Assembly (NCBI GenBank): GCA_963701855.1
Contig: CAVPBK010000011.1
Coordinates: 160,001-224,000, forward strand
Origin: Nitrospirota bacterium
GTDB lineage: Bacteria > Nitrospirota > Nitrospiria > Nitrospirales > Nitrospiraceae
DNA: 64,000 bases
Direction of reading: 5' to 3'
Shown in pieces: positions 32,998 through 42,929 of the stretch (the stretch's first letter is position 1; each line of letters starts with the position of its first letter). Position numbers and translations under genes: made by a program. Under the pieces are notes generated by a model. It was not told the origin of the DNA and made no database searches. It was given only the letters and a program-made list of their open reading frames with translations.

Positions 32998-34453
32998 ATG
33001 TACGAGTCATTTTACAATCTTCGGACTAAACCCTTCGCGCTCCTGCCGGATAGCGACTTCTTGTATCCTGGTTCTGCACATCGTGCGGCCTACAGCATCT
33101 TGGAATTCGGCCTTCTCAACGAGGCGCCGTTTATGGTGCTCACCGGCGATCCAGGGATGGGCAAGACGTCGCTCCTCCAGAAGCTGATTGCAGAGCACGG
33201 GGCGAAGCATTCGATCGGTCTCGTCACAAACGCGCGCTACGACATTGACCATCTCCTGCCCTGGATTCTGCTTTCCCTCGGGTTGAGCAAGAAAGCAACT
33301 GGACCCGGTTGAGGCCTATCACCTCTTCTCGGAGTTTCTGCTTCAGGAGTCCAAACAGTACCGACGGGTCATTCTGATTATCGATGAAGCCCAGAGTCTT
33401 GGCGCCGAACTGCTCGAAGAACTGCGGCTGCTGTCCAATTTGAACGACGGGAAAACGTTGAAGCTGCAGATCATCCTGTCCGGCCAGCCGGACCTCCACA
33501 CATTACTGCAGCGGATCGACATGACCCAGTTTGCCCAACGGATCGTCGTCGACTATCACTTGGAACCGCTCCCGGAGGCGGAGACGGGGCATTACATTCG
33601 TCACCGGTTAAAGATTGCCGGCGGACATCCGTCATTGTTTACGAATAAAGCCTGTGCGTTGGTGCATCGTTTGACGAGAGGCAATCCGCGTCTCATCAAT
33701 CAGATGTGCGATAGTGCGTTGACCTATGGCTTTGCCGAGCAAGCGAGGGTGATCTCCTCCAAGATGGTCGCTCAGGCCGCGTTCGACCGAAGTAAAGGCG
33801 GGATTCTGCCGCTTGCGGCACGAGAGGAACTGGGTGCTTTAGCCAGCGCTCCGGAAGATACCACCGAGATCGATGCTGTCCCTCCGCAACCCAGCTCACC
33901 GCAGCAGAGGCCGGAAAGTTCATCTCAGGAATCCAGCTCACCCCAGTCGAGGCCGGCAAGCCGATCTCCGGAACTCACAGCCACGCGTTCGGTCGACACG
34001 CCCGACTCCCTCTATACAAAGGGAGTCGCGATGAGGAAGGAAGGCCGTTTGAGAGACGCGATTGATACGCTCGAACTGGCGGGGAAGAGTCCGTCCTATG
34101 TGCTGAAAGCCCAGGGGCAGATTGGACTCTGCCACATGGCGATGGGAGATCATGGGACCGCGATTCAGGCGTTCCGCACTGCCTTGAGCGATCAGTCGGC
34201 ATCTCGGAAAGATGTGATCGATGTCCAGTATTTTCTCGCACGGACCCTCGAATCGGTCGGGCAGATAGCAGAAGCGGCAACCCTCTATCACCGTATCGCT
34301 CAAATGAATCCGCGTTTTAAAGATGCGGCTCATCGAGCCAAGGAGTGTTCTTCGAAGTCGAAACATCCAACCAATGGCAACCGGGCGAGCAACGGGTCTT
34401 GGTTTGGCCATGCCATCGAGAGTTTCAACAAGCTTATCGGCAGTCTCAAGTAG
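32998..34453 (+). CDS. ExeA-like AAA ATPase with C-terminal TPRs, +1 frameshift near 33292
   Basis: MYESFYNLRTKPF, GDPGMGKT, IIDEAQ, LSGQPDL, GNPRLIN. Confidence 0.88.
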
Positions 34454-34511
34454 AGGAATGGCAGTTCCTGTCCATCAACCTTATTGGAAGGTTAAGGCTC
34501 ATCCTCATGTG

Positions 34512-34713
34512 GTGTGAGGTGAGAGGCTTGAGGAACGAGGGCTTGAAGCAAGAACATGCCACGGTTTCCACCCTCGAACCTCCAACCTCCAACCTTCTTC
34601 CCCGCTCAACCTCGACCTCAGCCTTCTTCAGATGTTGCGGCCTTGCATGGGATAAGGCGCGTCCAGAAGCTCGAAGTTCAGGGTTCGAAGTTCCAAAAAC
34701 CTCGAACTTCGGA
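34512..34713. repeat. Heptamer repeat/palindrome block
   Basis: gaggtgagaggcttgagg ... cctcgaacctccaacctccaacc; shares modules with 10.3-11.7 kb and 29.3 kb blocks. Confidence 0.65.
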
Positions 34714-34718
34714 GTCGG

Positions 34719-34920
34719 AACCGCAAGCTCAAGCAACTCGTGACGGACCTGATGCTATACAAGATCAGCTTACAGGAGGAACGTTTGCAAAAAGGGCCTG
34801 ACTCCCACGCGCAACCGTGCGCTGGTGCAGACCGTCACCGGTCACTTCCCGATCAGCGTGCGGCGAGCGTGTGGGTCTCCTGAGATTGAATCCGGCGTCA
34901 TGGTATTACCGGCGCCACAG
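34719..34920 (+). mobile_element. IS3-family remnant (orfA C-terminus / orfB N-terminus)
   Basis: NRKLKQLVTDLMLYKISLQE then ISVRRACG-LLRLNPASWYYRR. Confidence 0.7.
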
Positions 34921-34950
34921 ACTAGACCTAACTTACGGTCTTGGGACAGA

Positions 34951-36546
34951 TCATCGAACATCAAGACCCATCGGTCGAGTAGGCTTTGTCGTGTTACGAG
35001 TGTTACTCTGCACAGACTGCAACGGATGCGGATAGGTGTAGGGCGTATACGCAAGCATCCATCGAAGCGCGGGATTGCCATTCGCGCAATCGGTCCCTTT
35101 GTAGAGTACGCCTGAGCCGTGCCCGTCTCCACTGACATTCCAACTCCCTTGATCCGTGGCCCAATACGCCACCCCATTAGTACAGGTAGCGGGTCGTGCC
35201 GCCAGCGTGCCTCTGCCCGTTCCAGCTGTCCCGTTAAAACTCGGCACTTCCATGTAGAAGTCTCGATTGTTGAGGATTTGGAAGGTGCGCAATCGCTTGT
35301 TATCCCAATTCCCTTCTGGTCGTGCAGTGACAATGTCGATGTCCGAAATCGTCGGGGGCGAGCCCTTAAAGATGTTCCCCCAGGAGTACCCTGGCATCAA
35401 AACCTGAGAGTCCACGGACGTTGTCGTGAGGGTGGGCCAATCTTTTGCCGGATCAGTTGAGGGGCCACGTCCGACTTGATCACGGCAAGGGTAACCCTTG
35501 TGTCCTGGGGTGTTTCCGTCACGGTAGTTATCGCCGCCACAGATGCCCTTGTCCCCGACGTAAGCGGTGCCTTGTGGATCACTTCGATAACTCGTCAGCA
35601 CCATGTGCGCGGAGTAACTGTTGCCAGCAGAGGAAATGTTATTTTCCCAGATGTAATGGTGCCCACCACGCGTCTGAAACCATACCGGAATGGTGCCATT
35701 AGGATTGGCGATATTGGACATCGTGTTGCGATAGACTTCCTGCCGGAGCGTAGCTCGCATCGCACTATCAAACCCATGCCCACCCATATTGGTGTTCTTG
35801 ACGGTGTTGTAACGAAACACCAGCCGTGCGCCATCGTAAGCATCATAGGCCCCGTTATAGGCTTGGTCATAATCAAAATGATTGTCTTCGACGTAGGTCG
35901 CCTTCTCGTCTCCTGGCGTCATTGAATGTTCCCAACTTTGACTGCCACGGACCACTTCTCCCGGTTCGTCACCATGGGGGTTTACACCTCCATTCAGCGA
36001 TTTGAAGTAGTTATGGTCGATAAGCTGAGTGCCGGTAATATTCGTGCCATTATAGGACTGAACGACGACGCCATGAATCGGCCCTGCTGGGTTATCCTCC
36101 GTCAAGGAGTTATGATCGAGTCGACAATCGTTGCACTGCATCCGCACCTGCGGCCCGGAGTCCACGAGGTTCCGAGGATCTTTGAAACTGATCCCTGAGA
36201 CACGCGCATTCGGACCCGTAACATAGAGCAGATCTTCACCAGCGAGCGCAGTGGTGCCATCATTAATGATCGTGCCATCCACACAGGTGACGGGCGCGCC
36301 CATGCAACTCGTGGTTCCAAGCAGCGTGACGCCCTTATTGAGCGTGACGGACGGGGTGAGCGCGGTGGTGGTCGTCCAGGTCTGCGTGCCCGCAGGCAGA
36401 CAGATGGTATCGCCAGCGGTAGCATTATTAACCGCCTTCTGTATCGTGTTTTGCGAGAGATTGGCGGTCGTCGTGGTGCATGTAGCCCAGGATGGCACGG
36501 CAAAAAAGAGTAGCGCCAAAACAAGAGCTACTATCCGCATTTTCAT
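34951..36546 (-). CDS. Secreted pectin-lyase-like beta-helix protein
   Basis: Signal peptide, IQKAVNNATAGDTICLPAGT, repeated xDHN/EDN/RYN/YRN/WEN motifs, C-terminal YTPYTYPHPL. Confidence 0.72.
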   Translation of the reverse strand: MKMRIVALVLALLFFAVPSWATCTTTTANLSQNTIQKAVNNATAGDTICLPAGTQTWTTTTALTPSVTLNKGVTLLGTTSCMGAPVTCVDGTIINDGTTALAGEDLLYVTGPNARVSGISFKDPRNLVDSGPQVRMQCNDCRLDHNSLTEDNPAGPIHGVVVQSYNGTNITGTQLIDHNYFKSLNGGVNPHGDEPGEVVRGSQSWEHSMTPGDEKATYVEDNHFDYDQAYNGAYDAYDGARLVFRYNTVKNTNMGGHGFDSAMRATLRQEVYRNTMSNIANPNGTIPVWFQTRGGHHYIWENNISSAGNSYSAHMVLTSYRSDPQGTAYVGDKGICGGDNYRDGNTPGHKGYPCRDQVGRGPSTDPAKDWPTLTTTSVDSQVLMPGYSWGNIFKGSPPTISDIDIVTARPEGNWDNKRLRTFQILNNRDFYMEVPSFNGTAGTGRGTLAARPATCTNGVAYWATDQGSWNVSGDGHGSGVLYKGTDCANGNPALRWMLAYTPYTYPHPLQSVQSNTRNTTKPTRPMGLDVR

Positions 36547-36598
36547 CTCCTTTTGATTGTGAAAAAGTGGGCAGCAGGGCTATGCCTACCCCGATTAG

Positions 36599-36737
36599 AC
36601 CGGCACGTTCGTCCACTCCCTGTGCGCCACGTGCAATGCGGCCACTTTCGAGACCTTTCTGAAGACGCTGCTGCGGCATCTTGCCCACGGCACGCGCATG
36701 GTGCTGGTCTGGACAATGCCCGGTAGCACCACGCGAT
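36599..36737 (+). mobile_element. IS630-family transposase remnant
   Basis: CNAATFETFLKTLLRH...RMVLV-DNAR*HHA (LDNAxYH motif) with frameshift and stop. Confidence 0.7.
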
Positions 36738-36903
36738 CCCGCTCAAGCCGAGTCCCGCATCTTTTCGCTTCCAGGTAAAAACGTTTGCGCCCTGATCCCC
36801 ACGTCTATGACAGATCGTCCGCGACGGTCGTCCCGCCCTCTGGAACTTGCCCCGCAAGGCGGCCAGAATCTGCTCCTCCCCATAGCCTCGTACGACGTGC
36901 CAT
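36738..36903 (-). mobile_element. IS3-family orfA N-terminal remnant
   Basis: AAGGAGG RBS, ATG 36903, EEQILAALR...FTWKRKDAGLGLS with indels. Confidence 0.7.
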
Positions 36904-37071
36904 GGTCGGGTCCTCCTTCTGGCGTGAAGAAGACCAATGCGCGCACGGCCCTTCCTCAGGCACCACTTAAGGCCTAGTTTAGTATTCGTATGCTCCAAGA
37001 TCAGATAAGGGATGACCTGCCCTCTGTAGTTTTACCAGGGTCAATTGAGTCAGGCGTATTAATATGTGTCG

Positions 37072-37755
37072 CTAAGATTTCCCGTCTGACTTTTTGAGAA
37101 TACAAACGAGGTCTCCTCCTATACCAAACACCTTGCTCAAAATCATGTTTGCCGTAGTGATAACTGTGTTAAAAGCATACCTCCGAAGAAGACATGTGTC
37201 GATCTTGATCGAAAAAAACAATTTAGCATTCGGGTATCTAACAAAGTGTTTCTTGAGGTCTTCCCACGAATGGTATCGCCAGGACTCACTTCTTTTTGTA
37301 GAGAAATTTGAGTTGTACAAGAAGATTAACACACCCGATGGGCGAATATGCCTCAACAGATTATTAGTCACTTCATCATTTTCTGGAAAATCAGATCTAT
37401 TGTACAGAGAACATGACCGGACAAAAACGCAATCAAACTGCTCTGGGAATACGGCAGTCTCAATATCGGCTACGGCAAAGTTAATTCCCAGGTGCCCGTA
37501 CATATTTTCGGCCATACGGATTCCTACATCCGATATATCGATCCCATAGACCTTCATTCCATGTTTTCTAAAAAGACAAGAGAAGAAGCCTTGAGCACAG
37601 CCAACATCCAAAACAAGTGAGCCTTCCTTCAAGCCACATGCATGAATTAAACTAGAAACATATTGGTTATAGATCCATTTGTTATAACCAAAATAATTCT
37701 GCTTTTGATATTGGGAGTTGTAGTGAGCAGCTTTGTCCATTAGAAATGGCCCCAT
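37072..37755 (-). CDS. Class I SAM-dependent methyltransferase
   Basis: VLDVGCAQG, YGIDIS, FDCVF; visibly AT-rich. Confidence 0.85.
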   Translation of the reverse strand: MGPFLMDKAAHYNSQYQKQNYFGYNKWIYNQYVSSLIHACGLKEGSLVLDVGCAQGFFSCLFRKHGMKVYGIDISDVGIRMAENMYGHLGINFAVADIETAVFPEQFDCVFVRSCSLYNRSDFPENDEVTNNLLRHIRPSGVLIFLYNSNFSTKRSESWRYHSWEDLKKHFVRYPNAKLFFSIKIDTCLLRRYAFNTVITTANMILSKVFGIGGDLVCILKKSDGKS

Positions 37756-37865
37756 TCGTTTAATCAGCAGCCCGAGTTTCTTAAGAGGAGTCCCTACTGA
37801 TGCTCACGCTGCCAGTTTACCCGTCGGCAGCATCACGCCATACGCCTCATCAGGTGTTTGCTTGT

Positions 37866-37890
37866 CTAGCAGGCTGCGGGAAAACCCGGG
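37866..37890. mobile_element. Isolated family A terminal repeat
   Basis: ctagcaggctgcgggaaaacc. Confidence 0.5.
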
Positions 37891-37959
37891 ATGAATGAGA
37901 CCGATGCACCCCCAAACCCACTCACACGAGCCGTCGATGCCCCTTGGTGAGGAGAATGT

Positions 37960-38084
37960 TCTCGACCTTGGTCATCCTTTACGGATTTGTCCACAACTCT
38001 CCTGTAATGGTCATAGGCGGCTGATGCTTTCAGCCGGTGGTAGAGACCGAGATGCTTAAGGCAGGCCCGCCTCAAGGCCCTCAT
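37960..38084 (-). pseudogene. FkbM-like methyltransferase N-terminal remnant
   Basis: LKHLGLYHRLKASAAYDHY...DK matches LKRVGLYNRLKASCLYDLY...DK of the gene starting at 46330. Confidence 0.65.
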
Positions 38085-38845
38085 CGCTTGTGTAACATTC
38101 CCGCCTCCAGCAATTTAGCTGACTCTGCTAAACTCGGAACGCGAATCACTCCGATACCGAATCCGTCCTGCTGCCGATCCTCAACCAATTCAATTACCTC
38201 GTAGTCCTCTCGGATCTCTGTCCAGAAGCGCGGCACCTCTCCGCCCAACCCCTCGGAATGAGGGAGGATGTCGTGGAATGCGACGAGCCCGCCCGGCCGG
38301 ACCATTGGCCCGTAGTCCAGGAAGTCGCGCCGCACCCCCTCATAGGAGTGGTCGCCATCGATGAAGAGGAAATCGATGGGTGTGCCCGCGAGGATCGCGA
38401 GGACCTCGTGCCGTGTCTCGGCCAGATGGGAATCCTGCCGCACAAAGTGTAGCGCTTGCCTCCCACGCCGGAAGCTCTGGAAGAGGTCGCGCTTCAATGC
38501 CTCCTCCGGATCGTCCAGCGCCCACGACGGCGGAAGATCCACGCTGATCAGTGTGGCCTCGTCCCCCACCAACCGCGTCCAGAGATAGAAGGTGCCACCT
38601 CTCGACGTGCCGATTTCGAGGACGCGTTCGGGGCGTAGCTCGCGTACCAAGTTGGCCAGCGACCGGATTTCCGACCGCTGCTGCGTCATGCCGATGTCGT
38701 AAGCTTCGAGCAGCATTCGCTCTTCCGGCGACGCGAGAGCACGCGCGAACGCGCGCTTGAGCCTGCGCGCGCCCGGCACGCTGGCGAGCGGCTCGCGCGC
38801 AAGTTTCAGCAATCTCTGCGCCTCGCCAACTATCGAGTGGTTCAT
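38081..38845 (-). CDS. Class I SAM methyltransferase (Methyltransf_24-like)
   Basis: VLEIGTSRGG, DFLFIDGDHSYEGV, GGLVAFHD; visibly GC-rich. Confidence 0.87.
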   Translation of the reverse strand: MNHSIVGEAQRLLKLAREPLASVPGARRLKRAFARALASPEERMLLEAYDIGMTQQRSEIRSLANLVRELRPERVLEIGTSRGGTFYLWTRLVGDEATLISVDLPPSWALDDPEEALKRDLFQSFRRGRQALHFVRQDSHLAETRHEVLAILAGTPIDFLFIDGDHSYEGVRRDFLDYGPMVRPGGLVAFHDILPHSEGLGGEVPRFWTEIREDYEVIELVEDRQQDGFGIGVIRVPSLAESAKLLEAGMLHKR

Positions 38846-38910
38846 GTCCTAAATCTCCTTTATCCAAACCTCTAAGGTATGATCCGCGATGCCTAGATCA
38901 GGTTCTGATT

Positions 38911-40465
38911 TTACTGCTCGGCAGGAATCGCCGAATGGCTTTTCATCCAATCTCGTGCGACCTCAAAGACATTAAGCGCGGCGCGGCGCGACGGAGGATA
39001 CAGGCATACAACAGCAGTTCCTGCGAGAAGACCAGCGGGAACGCAAAGGTACAACTGTGTCAATGGAGTAGAGTTCTCGACTGATGCTCTGATCAGCCAT
39101 GTCGTGGCACAGACGACTCCCCACAGCGGCAAATGTTTGAAAAACAACGTCCATAGATCTCTCGCTGTGACCAGACCCGCTCTGCCTGCAATCCAATAAA
39201 CAACCGGCAACTGGATCAGGAGACACGAGAGAGAAAAGCTGACAGCTACACCGACCGGCCCGAAGCGTAAACCCAGTAGGTAAGACACGACTGTCACCGA
39301 AGAGGTACAGCAGCTCATAAGCAGAAAATCTTTGCCACGACCCTGGCTGGTGAGCAACCACCCCGCGACCATAACCATCGGGAGATAGAGCGCATACAAT
39401 GTAAAGGCGGCAAAAATCGGCGCGGCGGCTTCCCATTTCGGCCCCAATACCACGAGGGTCAAGGGCTGCGCCAACGCCAGCAACATTCCAGAAAAGGGAA
39501 GACTGAATAGCGCGAGAAGATCATAGACCTGGAAAACGACCCGACGGTAGCGTTCTGGTTCACCTTGCAATCGAGATAATGTCGGTACGAAAATCGCTTC
39601 AAGGGGTGCAAGAGCCTGCTCCAACGGCCGGTTTAGCAAGGTTGCCGCCCTCGAGTAGAGACCTAGAGCCTCCGCTCCGAACCACCTACCAATCAAAAGG
39701 CCGTCTAACCCTCTGGCGAGAGACCACAATAAACCGCTTGCAGTGAGGTTGGCGCCAAAGCTCAGCAAGGACCTTGTCCCACTATGCCTCGCGGGAAACT
39801 GGGGACGCCAGCTACAGGCCGACCATGTCATCAGGAGTGCGACTACCGGTGTGGATAGTTGCATTCCGACCAGACTCCAGTAACCAAAATCGAGCCAAGC
39901 CATGGCTATACCGACGGAAACCCCGGTCGCAGCCGAGCCGATCTGAATAAGCCCGACCGCTTTGAAACGCATCTGGCGTTTGAGCAGCGCCAGGTGCTGA
40001 ACTGTTAAACTTGTCAAGATGAAAGTCACGGAGAGTGCCAGCGTGACGGCAACCAGCCGTGGCTCCCGGTAGAACCAGGCAACCGCCAGGCCCAGAGAAC
40101 GCAAGGGCCAGAGTGATCATTCCCCCCAGCGCGACGTTAGTCCAGAAAAGGTTGGATACTTGTGCGTGCGTTATTTCCTCTTTTTGGACCGTGGCCGTAG
40201 AAAGGCCGGCTTCATTGAACACTCGAAAGAAGCCCATGACCGAGAAGACCATTGCCAGGAGTCCAAAATCCTGTGGAGTAAGCAGACGAGCCAGCACTAT
40301 CACCGATCCCAGATTCAGCATGAGCTGCGAGGCTTGGAGCAGGCTCGTGACGATGCCGCTTGAGACCGTGCGTGTTTTGAGACCTTTCAGTAGGTGAGCG
40401 GTCGCAAAGTGTATGTCGGAATGGGCGCCGGCCATAGGACTCTTCTGCGTGGAGGGAGTCGTCAA
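38911..40465 (-). CDS. wzx: Wzx flippase, +1 frameshift near 40089
   Basis: LARLLTPQDFGLLAM, GYWSLVG, LGLYSRA, LGPKW; multi-TM across two ORFs. Confidence 0.87.
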
Positions 40466-40589
40466 CGAAGAAAGCTGATCGTCAATGAAGGCTGCAGCTT
40501 TGCCCCGTCCTTTACAAGCCTATTCGTATCAATTCAAACTCCCGGCTTGTGAAGTGGGTGTAACCGCTATACGGTCGAACGGTAACTCC

Positions 40590-41591
40590 TCAGGATAGTT
40601 TTGACATTAACTTATCCCAGTTTCTCGAAGCCCAAACTTTTGAGTTCCCGACTATAGTTTGGGACCTCTTCGCCATTCGCCAGCCCAAATATGATCTAAT
40701 CGCGTCGTACTTCCCTCCCAAGGGCGCTTCGGACAAGGTTTCGCCAAGCTCTTCCGCCACGGCATACATTCGCTGAACCAATTCCTGATGCTCAGGATAG
40801 AAGTAAATGAGTCGATTGCGAAGAAAGGTGACGCAGGCAGATCTGCTCCTTTCGCTATCCTCCAGCGATCGAAAATGTTGAATACACCGAAACGTTGATT
40901 CAAGGAATGCCTCCAAGGCGTCAATTGACCGTGCCTTGTTATAGCTAAAGCTGGCATAATTACCGACGCGCCAATAGGACCTTGCCGTAGAAACGAAGTG
41001 AATCCGTTCCGAAGAAGCAACCACCCTGCAAAAATATTCTCCATCGTCATCGGGTGTCCGAAGCTCCCACCAGTGACCAGCCAGCTCAGTAAGCTTCCTG
41101 CTCACCAGCCAACAAGTAGTATGCAACCATGTGTCTTCCTCAAATTTTAGGTAAAAGTAATCAAGCGGGGCCAGATCTCGCCACAGAGGGCCAGGAAGTA
41201 TCCTGGCTTTTTCCGGACGGAAGTAGAACCTGCCAAAACTCCCCGTCAGCAATACGCGATCACTCCCGATGGATTCAAGATGCCGCACCTGCTCAGATAT
41301 TTTATTATGAGCCAATAGGTCATCGTGATCGAGCCATTGGATGTAATCGCCCTGCGCTTGGGCCAAAGCCACATTTCTCGCAGCGGGCCCGCCCGCGTTT
41401 GGCTGATCGATTATCTTAATATTTTTTTCTTCGAACGCTTTCGCCATTTCCAGAGTACGGTCGGTGGAGCCATCGTTGACGAGGATGATTTCCGTTCTGC
41501 CGTAGTCCTGGTTGACGGCGGATTCCAAAGTAGCCTTGATCCATTTTTCGGCATTATAGGCAGGGATGAGTATCGATACGAGAGGTTGCAC
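40590..41591 (-). CDS. Glycosyltransferase family 2
   Basis: VSILIPAYN, DGSTD, WLDHDD. Confidence 0.9.
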   Translation of the reverse strand: MQPLVSILIPAYNAEKWIKATLESAVNQDYGRTEIILVNDGSTDRTLEMAKAFEEKNIKIIDQPNAGGPAARNVALAQAQGDYIQWLDHDDLLAHNKISEQVRHLESIGSDRVLLTGSFGRFYFRPEKARILPGPLWRDLAPLDYFYLKFEEDTWLHTTCWLVSRKLTELAGHWWELRTPDDDGEYFCRVVASSERIHFVSTARSYWRVGNYASFSYNKARSIDALEAFLESTFRCIQHFRSLEDSERSRSACVTFLRNRLIYFYPEHQELVQRMYAVAEELGETLSEAPLGGKYDAIRSYLGWRMAKRSQTIVGNSKVWASRNWDKLMSKLS

Positions 41592-41779
41592 AAAGTCCTG
41601 TGGTTTATTAAATGTTGGCTGCGAATTTCGACTCGTAACAATGACCCGACAATTTCTAGCTAATGAAGAAACGCCGCACGAGGATGCTTAGTGTACGCTC
41701 CACACAAAGAGCACCTTGATCTATTCTGAAACGCGTGTGCGCATATCACAAGGGGGGCCGTCGGGCTCCCACAGCAGCG

Positions 41780-42442
41780 TTACACGGCGGAAGGCGGGGT
41801 GGTTTCGGCGTCAATGGCGCTTAAGAACTTCTCCACATCGCCGGTCAGTAATAAGGGAAGGGCAGCCTCGATTTTGGACTCCGGCCAATCCCACCAGGCT
41901 AGATGGCAGAGACGTTGAATCGTAGCATCACTGAAGCGAAACCGGATGTGTCGCGCTGGGTTACCAGCCACTATTTCATAGGGGCTAACATTACTTGAAA
42001 CCACGCTGCACGCACCGATGACGGCACCATTTCCGATCGTGACCCCCGACAGGATGACGGCCCCATGCCCAATCCAAACATCATTGCCGATCGAGACGTT
42101 GCCCTTGCTGCGGGGATGACCAGAAAAGCCCTTGCCTTCTGGCCACAAAACGCTGAAGGGGTAAGTCGTTACCCAATCCACGCGGTGCTCACCCCCGAGA
42201 AAGATGAGAACGCCCTCCGCGATGGAGCAGAACTTTCCGATACGCAACGTCGAACCTTCCCCCCAATTTTTCACCGTCGGCTGACCATAGGTCCATTTTC
42301 CGATTTCAAACCCATCGTAAGCCGGATTATCTTCCATGTAGAATGACTCAGTCATGTCCGACGTTCCCCCAGGTTTCCTTGCGCTAAGTCGACCCAGTTT
42401 CCTGAAAATTTTTCTCAGCCGTGATTTCTGATATGGACCCAT
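41780..42442 (-). CDS. CatB/Vat-related hexapeptide O-acetyltransferase
   Basis: IGKFCSIA, TTYPF, IGNDVWIG, GNPAR, AWWDW. Confidence 0.88.
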   Translation of the reverse strand: MGPYQKSRLRKIFRKLGRLSARKPGGTSDMTESFYMEDNPAYDGFEIGKWTYGQPTVKNWGEGSTLRIGKFCSIAEGVLIFLGGEHRVDWVTTYPFSVLWPEGKGFSGHPRSKGNVSIGNDVWIGHGAVILSGVTIGNGAVIGACSVVSSNVSPYEIVAGNPARHIRFRFSDATIQRLCHLAWWDWPESKIEAALPLLLTGDVEKFLSAIDAETTPPSAV

Positions 42443-42482
42443 TTCCTGTTCCCTCTTACGCTGCTGAGTGAGCGACGCGTCC

Positions 42483-42845
42483 TCAAACCAGGCATTTGCA
42501 AATCAGTACCACGTCGAACAGGGCAATCCGATGCCGGGCTTTAACGAGGCGATGAATACTCAGGCGGGAGCAGAACCTGCTCAGAAATCTCACTGGAAAC
42601 GCAGAAGAGTAAAAGATAGAGATATTGCTGTTAAATAACTCCATTTTAGGGGCAGCCGTATAGACTTTTAATTGTCGTTCGACGACCTTGTCTTGTGACA
42701 CAATTTCCACCGCGTGAGACCTATTTTGAAGCTGCTCCGCGATCAATTCTCCTTTTGCGCTGGCGCCAAGACTGAGATTGGTGATAATGGGATACCGCTT
42801 CAATAAAGCCGGCCCTTGATACGGTGCGATATACGCTATTCTCAT
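42483..42845 (-). pseudogene. Truncated glycosyltransferase (GT4-like N-terminus)
   Basis: MRIAYIAPYQG...SHAVEIVS start, only 120 aa, no C-terminal domain. Confidence 0.55.
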
Positions 42846-42929
42846 GAATGATTTGGCGTGTGGTCAACTGCCGGTCGTGTTTTTCACGGATTGCTGAGGC
42901 GCTCGACATAGCTGCCTTGACGGAGAAGC

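Noticed and set aside
41780..42442. Antibiotic-resistance (catB/vat) call
   Set aside because: Family similarity only; position in an EPS operon favours sugar O-acetylation
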